Shown here in pieces: positions 1 to 8,528 of a DNA stretch of 24,848 nt. Every line of letters begins with the position of its first letter. The stretch's first letter is position 1. Source of the stretch: an uncultured Dehalococcoidaceae bacterium (GTDB taxonomy: Bacteria; Chloroflexota; Dehalococcoidia; Dehalococcoidales; RBG-16-60-22); NCBI GenBank assembly GCA_964645025.1, contig CAZXYV010000002.1, positions 1 to 24,848 of the forward strand, written 5' to 3'. The translations under genes were made by a program, and so were the position numbers. Below the pieces are notes generated by a model. It searched no databases and had not been told where the DNA came from. It saw only the letters and a list, made by a program, of their open reading frames with translations.

Positions 1-672
1 GTAGTTGCCGGTCCGATTGCCTTTATCCTGGGTTTTATCATTCACCGGACCATTTTCAAAAAACTCCTTAGCTCATCGGCTTCTCCGGGCGCCTTCGAAA
101 GCAATTCCATGCTGGCTTCTTTCGGCCTCATGTTTATTATCCAGAACCTTGCCTATATCGCCTGGGGGCCGGAAATCAGAGGATATTCCTATCTACAGCG
201 GCCGGTCGATATCATGGGAGCGATGTTCGGCGAAAACAGATTGGTGACCCTCGGGTTTGCCCTACTTATCGGCCTGGCTTTCTATCTCTTTTTAGCCCGT
301 ACCCGCCTGGGTAAAGCCATCCGTGCCGCCGCCCAAGACCCGACGACGGCCGGACTAATGGGCGTGAACATCAACCTGGTGCTGGCAATATGCTTTGGAC
401 TCGGCGCGGCCATGGCCGGGGTCGCCGGAGTACTTATCAGCATGTGCTACCCTGTTAATGCCGCCATGGGGCTGGAATATACTATCATCGCCATTATCGT
501 CGTCGTCCTCGGAGGCCTGGGCAGTATCCCCGGCAGTTTTATCGGCGGCTTCGTGCTGGGCATCATCGGCAGCATCGTGACCTATTTCGAACCCGGGCTG
601 GCGCTGGCGGCCTACTACATTATTTTCATTCTCCTGCTTCTGGTTAAACCGACAGGTATCATGGGAAAGTAG
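1..672 (+). CDS. livH: Branched-chain amino acid ABC transporter permease (LivH type), 5'-truncated by the window edge
   Basis: Frame 1 is open from base 1 (VVAGPIAFILGFII...) into the 109..672 ORF. Hydrophobic protein with RTRLGKAIRAAAQDPTTAGLMGVN and VVVLGGLGSIPG motifs. First gene of a livH-M-G-F run. Confidence 0.9.
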   Translation, partial: VVAGPIAFILGFIIHRTIFKKLLSSSASPGAFESNSMLASFGLMFIIQNLAYIAWGPEIRGYSYLQRPVDIMGAMFGENRLVTLGFALLIGLAFYLFLARTRLGKAIRAAAQDPTTAGLMGVNINLVLAICFGLGAAMAGVAGVLISMCYPVNAAMGLEYTIIAIIVVVLGGLGSIPGSFIGGFVLGIIGSIVTYFEPGLALAAYYIIFILLLLVKPTGIMGK

Positions 673-676
673 CCAA

Positions 677-1627
677 ATGAACATTGCCGGAACTGATTTA
701 AAAAAGCTGATTTCGCCCGGGATACTCGTCCTGGTACTGGTGATATTAGCCACCTTCCCCACCTACGGCTCGCCTTATTCTATAATATTGCTGACCAGCC
801 TCCTGATGTATATCATCCTGACGGTTAGCTGGACGATTTTTTCCGGTCCTACCGGTTATATCTCGCTAGCGCCGGCGGCGTTTTTCGGGGTCGGCTTATA
901 CACATCAGCCATCCTGGGTAAAGAGCTGCCCTTGCTTATCGTGGTGCTTCTGGGCGGTCTTATCAGCTCCTGCCTGGCGCTGCTCGTCGGCGCCTTGACC
1001 TTAAGGCTCAGAGGCATCTATTTTGCCATATTTACCTTCGGGCTGGTGGAGCTTATCAAACACCTCCTGCTCTGGTACGAGATTAAATACACCGGCACGC
1101 GCGGGCGTTTCGTTATCCTCGTAGATAACGAGACTATTTATTTTATTATTCTCGGTATTTTCGTGATATTGCTGATTACCGCTTATTGTATCAGGCACTC
1201 TAAATACGGGTTAGCTCTGCAAAGCATCGGCCAATACGAAGAGGCCGCGGCTCATATGGGCATCAACGTGACCGCTTTAAAAATAGTTATTTTTGCCGTC
1301 AGCGCTTTTTTCATGGGGGCTGTCGGCTCCATCATGGCCACAAGGTGGACATATATCGATCCGTACAGCGCTTTTAACCCGCTGTTTTCTTTCCTGCCGG
1401 TTCTGATGGCTATCTTCGGAGGCATGGGGCAGTTTTATGGCCCCATCGTGGGGGCGGCTATCTTCGCCTACCTGGAAGAAGTTTTATTGACCAAGTTCCC
1501 CTATTACTATATGCTCTGCTTCGGTATCATACTGGTCGTAACTATTCTCTACCTGCCCAACGGCATAGTAGGGCTGATACAGAGTTTAAGGAGCCGTGTC
1601 TCGGGAGGGCGACATGCACCTTCTTGA
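677..1627 (+). CDS. livM: Branched-chain amino acid ABC transporter permease (LivM type)
   Basis: Multi-TM protein with GPTGYISLAPAAFF, SKYGLALQSIGQYEEAAAHMGIN and GGMGQFYGPIVGA motifs typical of BPD_transp_2 LivM. Confidence 0.9.
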   Translation: MNIAGTDLKKLISPGILVLVLVILATFPTYGSPYSIILLTSLLMYIILTVSWTIFSGPTGYISLAPAAFFGVGLYTSAILGKELPLLIVVLLGGLISSCLALLVGALTLRLRGIYFAIFTFGLVELIKHLLLWYEIKYTGTRGRFVILVDNETIYFIILGIFVILLITAYCIRHSKYGLALQSIGQYEEAAAHMGINVTALKIVIFAVSAFFMGAVGSIMATRWTYIDPYSAFNPLFSFLPVLMAIFGGMGQFYGPIVGAAIFAYLEEVLLTKFPYYYMLCFGIILVVTILYLPNGIVGLIQSLRSRVSGGRHAPS

Positions 1628-2354
1628 AGGAAAAGGGGTGACCAAATACTTCGGGGGATTGGCCGCGGTAGCCGACGTTGATTTCCACGTTGACCAGGGC
1701 GAGGTAGTCGGCCTGATCGGCCCTAACGGCGCCGGTAAAACAACCCTTTTTAATTTAATATCTGCGGCTCTCGTACCCAGACCCGGAACTATAATTTTTA
1801 AAGGTACAAATATTACCGGAATGAAGCCTTATAAAATCTGCCGCATGGGTATCGCCCGGACTTTTCAAACGATTAAAATATTCGCCCATTTACCGGTTTT
1901 CGATAATGTGCGGGTCGGCTCGCTTTTCGGGACATCAGTAAAAATATCTTCAGCCGAGGCGGAAAAGGAAGCGGCGGAGCTACTGGAGTTTGTAGGTTTA
2001 GCAGACTTGAGCCGCACCCTGGCTAAAGACCTGACGCTGGCCAACCAGAAAAGACTCGAAGTGGCCCGGGCCCTGGCCACCCGGCCAGAAATACTTTTAC
2101 TTGATGAGTTAATGGCCGGTCTGACCTATACCGAAGTCGCCCAGGCCATGGAGCTCATTAAAAAGATACATGAAAGAGGCATTACCATTGTCATGATCGA
2201 GCATGTCATGAAGGCAATTATGAATGTCTGTGACCGGATAATTGTTCTCCACCACGGTAAAAAAATAGCTGATGGCACCCCGCAGGAGATTGCCGGCAGC
2301 CAGACGGTAGTTGAGGTGTACTTAGGTGAGCAGTCCCATACTGGAAGTCAATAA
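1614..2354 (+). CDS. livG: ABC transporter ATP-binding protein (LivG type)
   Basis: Walker A GPNGAGKT, signature-region LTLANQKRLEVARALA, Walker B ILLLDE, H-loop MIEH. Start moved from 1596 to ATG 1614 because GGAGGG lies just upstream. Confidence 0.92.
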   Translation: MHLLEGKGVTKYFGGLAAVADVDFHVDQGEVVGLIGPNGAGKTTLFNLISAALVPRPGTIIFKGTNITGMKPYKICRMGIARTFQTIKIFAHLPVFDNVRVGSLFGTSVKISSAEAEKEAAELLEFVGLADLSRTLAKDLTLANQKRLEVARALATRPEILLLDELMAGLTYTEVAQAMELIKKIHERGITIVMIEHVMKAIMNVCDRIIVLHHGKKIADGTPQEIAGSQTVVEVYLGEQSHTGSQ

Positions 2355-3042
2355 TATTAATGCCTTCTACGGCAGTATTCAGGCCCTGTGGGACGTCTGC
2401 GTGACAATCAACGAAGGGGAAATAGTCGCCCTCATCGGGGCCAATGGTGCCGGCAAGACAACCCTGCTCCATACGATTTCCGGTATCTTGCGTCCGGCCT
2501 CCGGTACGATTAATTTCCTCGGGAGGAGAATCGATAATCTATCACCCCACGCTATCGTGGAACTCGGTATCTCCCATATCCCCGAGGGCAGAAAGCTTTT
2601 TACCGAAATGTCGGTGCAGGAAAACCTGGAAATGGGCGCTTATACCGCCCGCGCCTGGAAACTCCGGCATGAGACTATCGAGCAGGTCTTCCGGCTTTTC
2701 CCCATTTTAAAGGAAAGGGGCAAGCAGTTGGCCAGGATCCTGAGCGGCGGTGAACAGCAGATGCTGGCCATGGGGCGGGGGCTGATGTCCAGACCTAAAT
2801 TGTGCATTATCGACGAGCCTTCCAACGGGCTGGCGCCCAGACTGGTAGCGGAGGTCTTTAAAATCATCAAGTCACTACGCGAGCAGGGCATAACCATCTT
2901 GCTCATCGAGCAGAATGTCCGCCAGACCCTGGAGATAGCCGACCGCGCCTGCGTGCTGGAAAACGGCCGGATAACTCTGGAAGGGTGCTGCGATGAACTC
3001 ATCCAGAGCGACCATATTAAAAAGGCCTATTTGGGGCTTTAG
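2326..3042 (+). CDS. livF: ABC transporter ATP-binding protein (LivF type)
   Basis: GANGAGKT, PEGRKLF, LSGGEQQMLAMGR, CIIDEPS, LLIEQN. GTG start overlaps the livG 3' end. Confidence 0.92.
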   Translation: MSSPILEVNNINAFYGSIQALWDVCVTINEGEIVALIGANGAGKTTLLHTISGILRPASGTINFLGRRIDNLSPHAIVELGISHIPEGRKLFTEMSVQENLEMGAYTARAWKLRHETIEQVFRLFPILKERGKQLARILSGGEQQMLAMGRGLMSRPKLCIIDEPSNGLAPRLVAEVFKIIKSLREQGITILLIEQNVRQTLEIADRACVLENGRITLEGCCDELIQSDHIKKAYLGL

Positions 3043-3072
3043 CCTGAGTAAGATTCAGGAGGTAAATTAAAG

Positions 3073-4389
3073 ATGTCATCGGAAGAAAAACAGGAAGCAT
3101 TATTCCGGAGGTGGCTTGCACCGGAGGGGGTCATATTTGCCAGTTCCGAAGCCGAAAAAACCTATCAAGCCCGGGTAACCAGGATAAAAGAAGCCATACA
3201 GATGAAGCAACCCCCGGACAGGGTGCCGGTATTCGTGCTCCCCAGCTTTTTCCCCATTTACCATGCCGGGATAACTCCCCGGGATGCGATGTACGACTAC
3301 GCCAAGCTCGCCGCGGCCTACAAGAAATTCCTCCTGGACTTTCAGCCGGACGGGCACATCGGCGCAGACATGCCCGGCCCGGGCAAGTTCTTCGACATCC
3401 TTGATTATAAACTCTATTCCTGGCCCGGCCACGGTGTCCCGCCAGAGCGTTCCTACCAGGCTAACGAAGGCGAATATATGAAGGCTGATGAATATGATGC
3501 CCTTATCCACGACCCGTCGAATTTCATGAGTAATGTCTACTTTCCGCGTATCTTCGGCGCCCTCGATGCCTTCAAAATGCTCCCTACGCTCACCGGTGTA
3601 CTAGAAATGTACGGGGTTGCCTATAGTTTTATACCCTTCGGCCTGCCTCCTGTTCAGGCCGCCTATAAAGCCCTCATGGAAGCCGGTAATGAAGTCATGA
3701 AATGGCTGGCCGTAATCGGCGCCTGGAACCAGGAGGTCACCGCCGCGGGATTCCCCAATATTGTCGGCGGTTTTACCAAGGCGCCTTTCGATGTCATCGG
3801 TGACACCCTGAGGGGCACCCGGGGCATAATGGTGGATATGTACCGCCAACCCGAAAAGCTTCTCGAAGCAATGGAGGCGATTACTCCCCTTATGATCAAG
3901 ATGGGGGTAGGCGCGGCGCAAATGAACGGGAAACCACTGGTTTTCATGCCCCTGCATAAAGGCGCCGATGGCTTTCTCTCTGAGGCTCAGTTCAAGAAAT
4001 TCTATTGGCCTACCTTGAGAAAGGTCATGGTGGGCTTGATTGATGAAGGCGTCGTACCGTTTCCGGCGGCAGAGGGAGGGTACAACACACGCCTGAACAT
4101 CGTCAAAGACCTCCCAAAGGGTAAAACCTGCTGGATGATTGACCAGTCAGACATGTCCGAAGCCAAAAAAACACTGGGCCGTGTTGCCTGCCTCGCTGGT
4201 AATGTGCCCTCCGCCCTGCTGAGCCTGGGCACACCCCAGCAGGTGAAAGATTATGCCAAAAAACTCATCGATACCTGCGCCAAAGGCGGCGGCTACATTA
4301 TGAGTAACGGGGCGTTTTTTGATGAGGCTAAGCCGGAGAATGTCCGCGCTATGGTTGACTTTACCGTAGAACACGGTGTTTATAAATAG
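3073..4389 (+). CDS. Uroporphyrinogen decarboxylase / MtaA-CmuA (URO-D fold) family protein, function uncertain
   Basis: PDRVPV near the N-terminus, PFDVIGDTLRG, HKGADGFLSEAQFKKFYWP, CLAGNVP...GTPQQV and GGGYI segments match the URO-D-like barrel family. GGAGGT ribosome-binding site at 3058-3063. Confidence 0.8.
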   Translation: MSSEEKQEALFRRWLAPEGVIFASSEAEKTYQARVTRIKEAIQMKQPPDRVPVFVLPSFFPIYHAGITPRDAMYDYAKLAAAYKKFLLDFQPDGHIGADMPGPGKFFDILDYKLYSWPGHGVPPERSYQANEGEYMKADEYDALIHDPSNFMSNVYFPRIFGALDAFKMLPTLTGVLEMYGVAYSFIPFGLPPVQAAYKALMEAGNEVMKWLAVIGAWNQEVTAAGFPNIVGGFTKAPFDVIGDTLRGTRGIMVDMYRQPEKLLEAMEAITPLMIKMGVGAAQMNGKPLVFMPLHKGADGFLSEAQFKKFYWPTLRKVMVGLIDEGVVPFPAAEGGYNTRLNIVKDLPKGKTCWMIDQSDMSEAKKTLGRVACLAGNVPSALLSLGTPQQVKDYAKKLIDTCAKGGGYIMSNGAFFDEAKPENVRAMVDFTVEHGVYK

Positions 4390-4461
4390 GCACTTAAAGG
4401 TCGGAAATGTATCCGGGTTAGCTGCTTACATTCGTTTTCCCGGATGATACAGGGGGTAGCA

Positions 4462-5001
4462 ATGGCACGACTAAAGAGGACAAAAGAAAAGATTATTAAA
4501 AAAGCCGAGGAACTGGGGACAGAATACGAGGCTAAATACAAGGGCTGTGGTCAGTGCACTTTTTTGGCAATAGCTGATGCTTTGAGGTGGGGAGGCTTGG
4601 AAATTATCCCGAAGGATATGGAAGAAAGACTTTTTTCAGGGATATGCGTTCTGACCGGTGGTGTCAGTATGACCGGAGATGGTACCTGCGGTGCCGTCGC
4701 CAGCAGTGTTTTGTTGATTGGTATTGCCTTGGGCATTTCACGTGAGGGTCAGGACAACAGCGTTTTACGCAGGGGTTGCGCCACCGTCCGGGATACGCTT
4801 CTGGCCAAATATTATAAGGAATATGGTTCCATTCTCTGCAAAGACGTCCAGCGTAAATATTTCGGGAAGGCCTGGGACCTGACAAGTGATGAGATGAGTC
4901 AGGAGTTTCTGGGAGTGACACAGGGGTGCACTATAATGCAAACGGCAAAGTGGGCCACCGAGATTATTCTGGATGAACTGGAAAAGGCAAAACCAGGGTA
5001 A
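4462..5001 (+). CDS. C_GCAxxG_C_C family putative redox-active protein
   Basis: Cys pattern GCGQC ... TCGAVAS ... LCKDV ... GC. Start set at ATG 4462 after AGGGGG (track start 4444). Confidence 0.8.
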   Translation: MARLKRTKEKIIKKAEELGTEYEAKYKGCGQCTFLAIADALRWGGLEIIPKDMEERLFSGICVLTGGVSMTGDGTCGAVASSVLLIGIALGISREGQDNSVLRRGCATVRDTLLAKYYKEYGSILCKDVQRKYFGKAWDLTSDEMSQEFLGVTQGCTIMQTAKWATEIILDELEKAKPG

Positions 5002-5053
5002 ATAGCTTAGAGCCTCCTTGCCGTTAGTCTGGTCATAGTGCAAGCAAATCAGT

Positions 5054-5078
5054 CATCCCCATGTTTGTACAGTGGTAA
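5054..5078. repeat. Dispersed junction motif, copy A (att-like)
   Basis: CATCCCCATGTTTGTACAGTGGTAA, 20/25 identical to copy B at 14840-14864. Minus strand reads ...ITTVQTWG*. Confidence 0.7.
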
Positions 5079-5092
5079 TTCGGGATGTGATG

Positions 5093-6637
5093 CTATTTTT
5101 GGTCTTCATCGGTGACACGGACGAACTGGTAAAGCTGCTCGGGCGTTGAATAGTAGCTTTCGTCTTGCAGCAAACTAAGGTTTTCGCTGAAGTACGTATT
5201 GAGAATAACTCTAAAGGAATTGAGCGGCGTAATGGACTCATATAGCATATGATAATCGCTGTCAGGCAGGAAATATGTATTAAGTATATTCATCCTCTCG
5301 TTCAGTTGCACCTCGGTCATTTCATCGAGCGTGTCTCCGACCTCTATGGTAGCACTCGACCCGTGGTCTGATTGCATGACGATAATGGGCGCGGTCCGGG
5401 ATTTCAATAGTATTTCATCAATCGTCTCTCTAAGCTTCTTGTTGATAAAGATTAATTGCTCCACGTATCCCTTCTGATAGTACTGTGCCTCATTTGCGGC
5501 GTAAAATTCCACCCCAATAGCTGGGTCTCCCTTACTGTCAAACACGAAAGGAGTGTGCACCCCTCGCGAATGGACGAAGACAAATTTTGGTCCGGTTATC
5601 TCAGTTATATTACTCAGTGTATCAAACACATACAGCGAGTTCCTTCTGATATCGGCGCCCCATATAACCCTGAAAGGTTCCAGTGCCGTGGTTTTGAGCA
5701 GAGCAACCGCAAAATTTGTCATCCCCAACCCGAACGCTCCATGGCCCGGTAGATACACTTCATCATATTTATCAATGCCCTCGCTAAAAATACCATCGGA
5801 TATATAAATGCAATAGTAGCCATTCGCCTTTAAGAATTGCATCAGCCTATTGTTTGAAATAAGCTTCCTCAGAATCGAATAATCGCCTGCTGCCATGTCA
5901 TTGGCTGTTATCAGGTTGTCAAGATATTCCATATTCAAGGATGATGAGATGGACAGGGCGGTATGAGCATAATTAGACCGGCTTTTATCAGCAACGTAGA
6001 ACCCTTTGTCAGCCAGATAACCGAGAAATTCGCTGTTATCGTAGCCAAAGATATCCTTCAGGGTGCTTTGTCTCGCGTAGGAATCCACTATTATATAGTA
6101 GATATCCGGCGATTGAACGCTTGCTCTTGAAGCCGGTTTTTCGATACCGTTACCGGGGGCATCGGTAGCGGTAGCAATGCCGGCATTAGCAGACATGCTA
6201 AGCCCCTGGATGGCAATATTGATGATGGAGATTCCAATCAGAGTGAAGGCTACAACATTCAAGGTCCTGTGAAGCTGGGAGAAGCCAGTGTGTGCTCTGA
6301 TAATCAAAACGGAACCGGAGATGAAGACAGCCAGCCACAGAAACCCCAGGAAGATAGTGCCTTTAACCGGTCCCAGTACCGGAGCAACGTTAGAGGAAAC
6401 ACGCCCGTAAGAAAAAAATAGCACCAGTAGCAGGGACGTTACCAGTCCACTCTTGCCATAATCCCTGGTTATCACCTTCAAACATAGAAATACTACTGAT
6501 GTACCCAGAGTCACGGCGACTATCGGTAGCAGTATATCGATGACCGGTACTTCGTCGATATTATGGGCAAAGAGAAAAAGTATCGGAAATAAGCCGAACA
6601 AGAAGGGGTGGATAATTCGTGGAACTGCTATTTTCAT
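5093..6637 (-). CDS. Membrane-anchored alkaline-phosphatase/sulfatase-superfamily protein (LtaS/EptA-like architecture; NoeB-like by context)
   Basis: About 4-5 N-terminal TM segments, then PDIYYIIVDSYAR, SNYAHTALS, FVHSRGVHTPF and QSDHG metal/nucleophile motifs. ATGA overlap with the upstream gene's stop at 6634-6637. Confidence 0.75.
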   Translation of the reverse strand: MKIAVPRIIHPFLFGLFPILFLFAHNIDEVPVIDILLPIVAVTLGTSVVFLCLKVITRDYGKSGLVTSLLLVLFFSYGRVSSNVAPVLGPVKGTIFLGFLWLAVFISGSVLIIRAHTGFSQLHRTLNVVAFTLIGISIINIAIQGLSMSANAGIATATDAPGNGIEKPASRASVQSPDIYYIIVDSYARQSTLKDIFGYDNSEFLGYLADKGFYVADKSRSNYAHTALSISSSLNMEYLDNLITANDMAAGDYSILRKLISNNRLMQFLKANGYYCIYISDGIFSEGIDKYDEVYLPGHGAFGLGMTNFAVALLKTTALEPFRVIWGADIRRNSLYVFDTLSNITEITGPKFVFVHSRGVHTPFVFDSKGDPAIGVEFYAANEAQYYQKGYVEQLIFINKKLRETIDEILLKSRTAPIIVMQSDHGSSATIEVGDTLDEMTEVQLNERMNILNTYFLPDSDYHMLYESITPLNSFRVILNTYFSENLSLLQDESYYSTPEQLYQFVRVTDEDQK

Positions 6638-8004
6638 GGTCTCTTCGCCTGCATAAGATACAGGGTTCTCTGTGAGTTTCTGACATTTACAGATTCACGT
6701 ATCAAAAATAGCTTCTCGAATTCGCTCTGAAAAGCTTCCTTGGTATAGCCGGTGAATATATCCTCTCTTGTTGTCAGAAGCCTTTGTACCTGAGAATCGG
6801 TCTTGGGAATGAACTCGACTATAAGGGAGTGGCAGATTGCATGGAAAAACTCGGCGAGCTCGCTTAGCGAGACATTGTTGGAGATGACCATATGGTGAAC
6901 CAGGGCTAGGGCAATTACTGTATTGGTCGGACCGCGCTCCATCAAAGACATCCTCTCCTTATTCTGCCAGCCGATGCTCGGGCTGGGATTGGTTAAGTCA
7001 AGTACAAGGGGAAGTATGTTTGTTTCGTGGTTGCGGGCACATTCGAGGTAGTTTTTTTCGACCGCCGCCGGGTCAATATCAAAGGATATGGTTTTTGTGC
7101 CCCCGTTAGCCGCCAGACGACTGAACATCCCTACGTTGGCTCCGAGATCCCATACGCTCTCCGGGCAAATCGACTCCAGGAATCCGGCAACAATCTGCTT
7201 TTTATGCTCAAGCGCATCCGCAGAATAGTTCGTATCCTCGTAGTAATCTGCCCACTCCGTACCCGCCGGACGCCACTTGAGTTGTTTGATAGCGGACTTC
7301 AGGTTGCCCACAAGACCGAGCAGTGACACTCGTTTCATTCTATAGCTGCCCACAGCCGTGCCCTTATCGGCAAAGTGTTTCTGGCTTTTAGCATGAAGGT
7401 GAATATGAGAAAGCGAAGAAAATTTTAGCCAGCTCGCTAATGGCAGTAGCGAGCTGGCTAAATCCAGGGGGACGCCATCCATGTAGACCCTCAACAATTG
7501 GTTCAATCGTACATCTTTTTGCGCCATCAAGGTCAAGGGTGCCAGGAAATGCTGACAGAACTGCTTGTAGGCAACCCATGGATACCCTTCCCGGTAGTTT
7601 TCAAAGGAAAGGGTATCCATGAGTACCGGCCTGCCTTCACGAAACTGTATATTATAGGCACTGCAATCCTTCAACGTCATTCCGAATTCCAGTGCTATCC
7701 TTTCAATCTCAAGCGTGGTTAGGGCGGCGGCTTTTAGCTGACTGAAACACCATTCGTAGGGATACGATATAAACCCGATGCGCTCTGGCTTCAATACTCT
7801 ATGGGCGTCCTTTGATTGCTCACAGTCAATATCAACCTCGGTGTGAGGAATCAGCAACCTGGCGCCGGTCAGTTTATCATAGAGGCCTGAGTTCATTAAG
7901 CGGTCATAATGTTCCTGATAGACAGGGTTTACCCGGCGATATATCTCATTATCATGTACGAACAGAAAGCCACTTGGATCACGGAATGACCCAAAAACGC
8001 TCAA
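6634..8004 (-). CDS. Class I SAM-dependent methyltransferase with an N-terminal kinase-like domain (NoeA-like)
   Basis: C-terminal VWDLGANVG (motif I), SFDID and ALALVHH. N-terminal SFRDPSG and LKDCSAYNI...LMD. TTG start overlaps the TGA of the upstream peptide gene (TTGA, 8001-8004). Confidence 0.8.
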   Translation of the reverse strand: MSVFGSFRDPSGFLFVHDNEIYRRVNPVYQEHYDRLMNSGLYDKLTGARLLIPHTEVDIDCEQSKDAHRVLKPERIGFISYPYEWCFSQLKAAALTTLEIERIALEFGMTLKDCSAYNIQFREGRPVLMDTLSFENYREGYPWVAYKQFCQHFLAPLTLMAQKDVRLNQLLRVYMDGVPLDLASSLLPLASWLKFSSLSHIHLHAKSQKHFADKGTAVGSYRMKRVSLLGLVGNLKSAIKQLKWRPAGTEWADYYEDTNYSADALEHKKQIVAGFLESICPESVWDLGANVGMFSRLAANGGTKTISFDIDPAAVEKNYLECARNHETNILPLVLDLTNPSPSIGWQNKERMSLMERGPTNTVIALALVHHMVISNNVSLSELAEFFHAICHSLIVEFIPKTDSQVQRLLTTREDIFTGYTKEAFQSEFEKLFLIRESVNVRNSQRTLYLMQAKRP

Positions 8005-8240
8005 CTTACCGGTTTCTCCCTATTGGTCTTGGAGAATATACCACTCAAGAACCTCCTAACTTTCCTCCAATACACCTCAAGCATGAAAAGGGCTCCGACA
8101 ATACTACCGATAACAATCTGTAGAATAATGCTACCTGTCCCGGGGTCGATATAGTTGTGGATACCTAGCGCCGATGGCGTTAAGTGTCCGCTGCAGAGAT
8201 ACGCTGAAATATGCAATCCTGTTTCCAATAGTTCAACCAT
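8001..8240 (-). CDS. Small membrane protein with YIDPGTGS motif
   Basis: GGAGGT (minus strand, 8246-8251) precedes the ATG. YIDPGTGS is followed by a hydrophobic helix and a basic WRKVRR tail. Stop overlaps the next gene's start. Confidence 0.75.
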   Translation of the reverse strand: MVELLETGLHISAYLCSGHLTPSALGIHNYIDPGTGSIILQIVIGSIVGALFMLEVYWRKVRRFLSGIFSKTNREKPVS

Positions 8241-8478
8241 AATTTACCTCCCCAAGTGTCAGCTGGGCTTCTTGCTGTACTGACCTGCCCCCAGTAGTTG
8301 TACTCCTGGTTAGCCGCTCTCCCACGACATAGCCTACAATCTCACTGGTAAACAGATCCTTATCTGGGATTTCCCGTATCAACTCGTAGTGAGCTGACCC
8401 TCGTCCCTCTTTAGTCTTAATACCAAATGATATACCCATCGCATCCGATTGTCTCCACGCCACTGGGATACCTAGCAT
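8233..8478 (-). CDS. Possible hypothetical protein (81 aa) at the head of the minus-strand operon
   Basis: ATG at 8478 preceded by AAAGGT, downstream of a near-consensus promoter; its stop overlaps the YIDPGTGS gene start by 8 nt. No recognisable motif, so it may instead be an untranslated leader. Confidence 0.3.
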   Translation of the reverse strand: MLGIPVAWRQSDAMGISFGIKTKEGRGSAHYELIREIPDKDLFTSEIVGYVVGERLTRSTTTGGRSVQQEAQLTLGEVNYG

Positions 8479-8528
8479 CTCTACACCTTTGCCTGTATCC
8501 CCCGACACTAAACAGGCTAATTGGCGTA

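Noticed and set aside
3073-4389. hemE (true uroporphyrinogen decarboxylase)
   Set aside because: Lacks the RQAGR motif and has no tetrapyrrole-pathway context.
5093-8004. Calling these genes noeA/noeB with a nodulation function
   Set aside because: Similarity is recalled rather than verified, and no nod genes are present, so no gene symbols were assigned.
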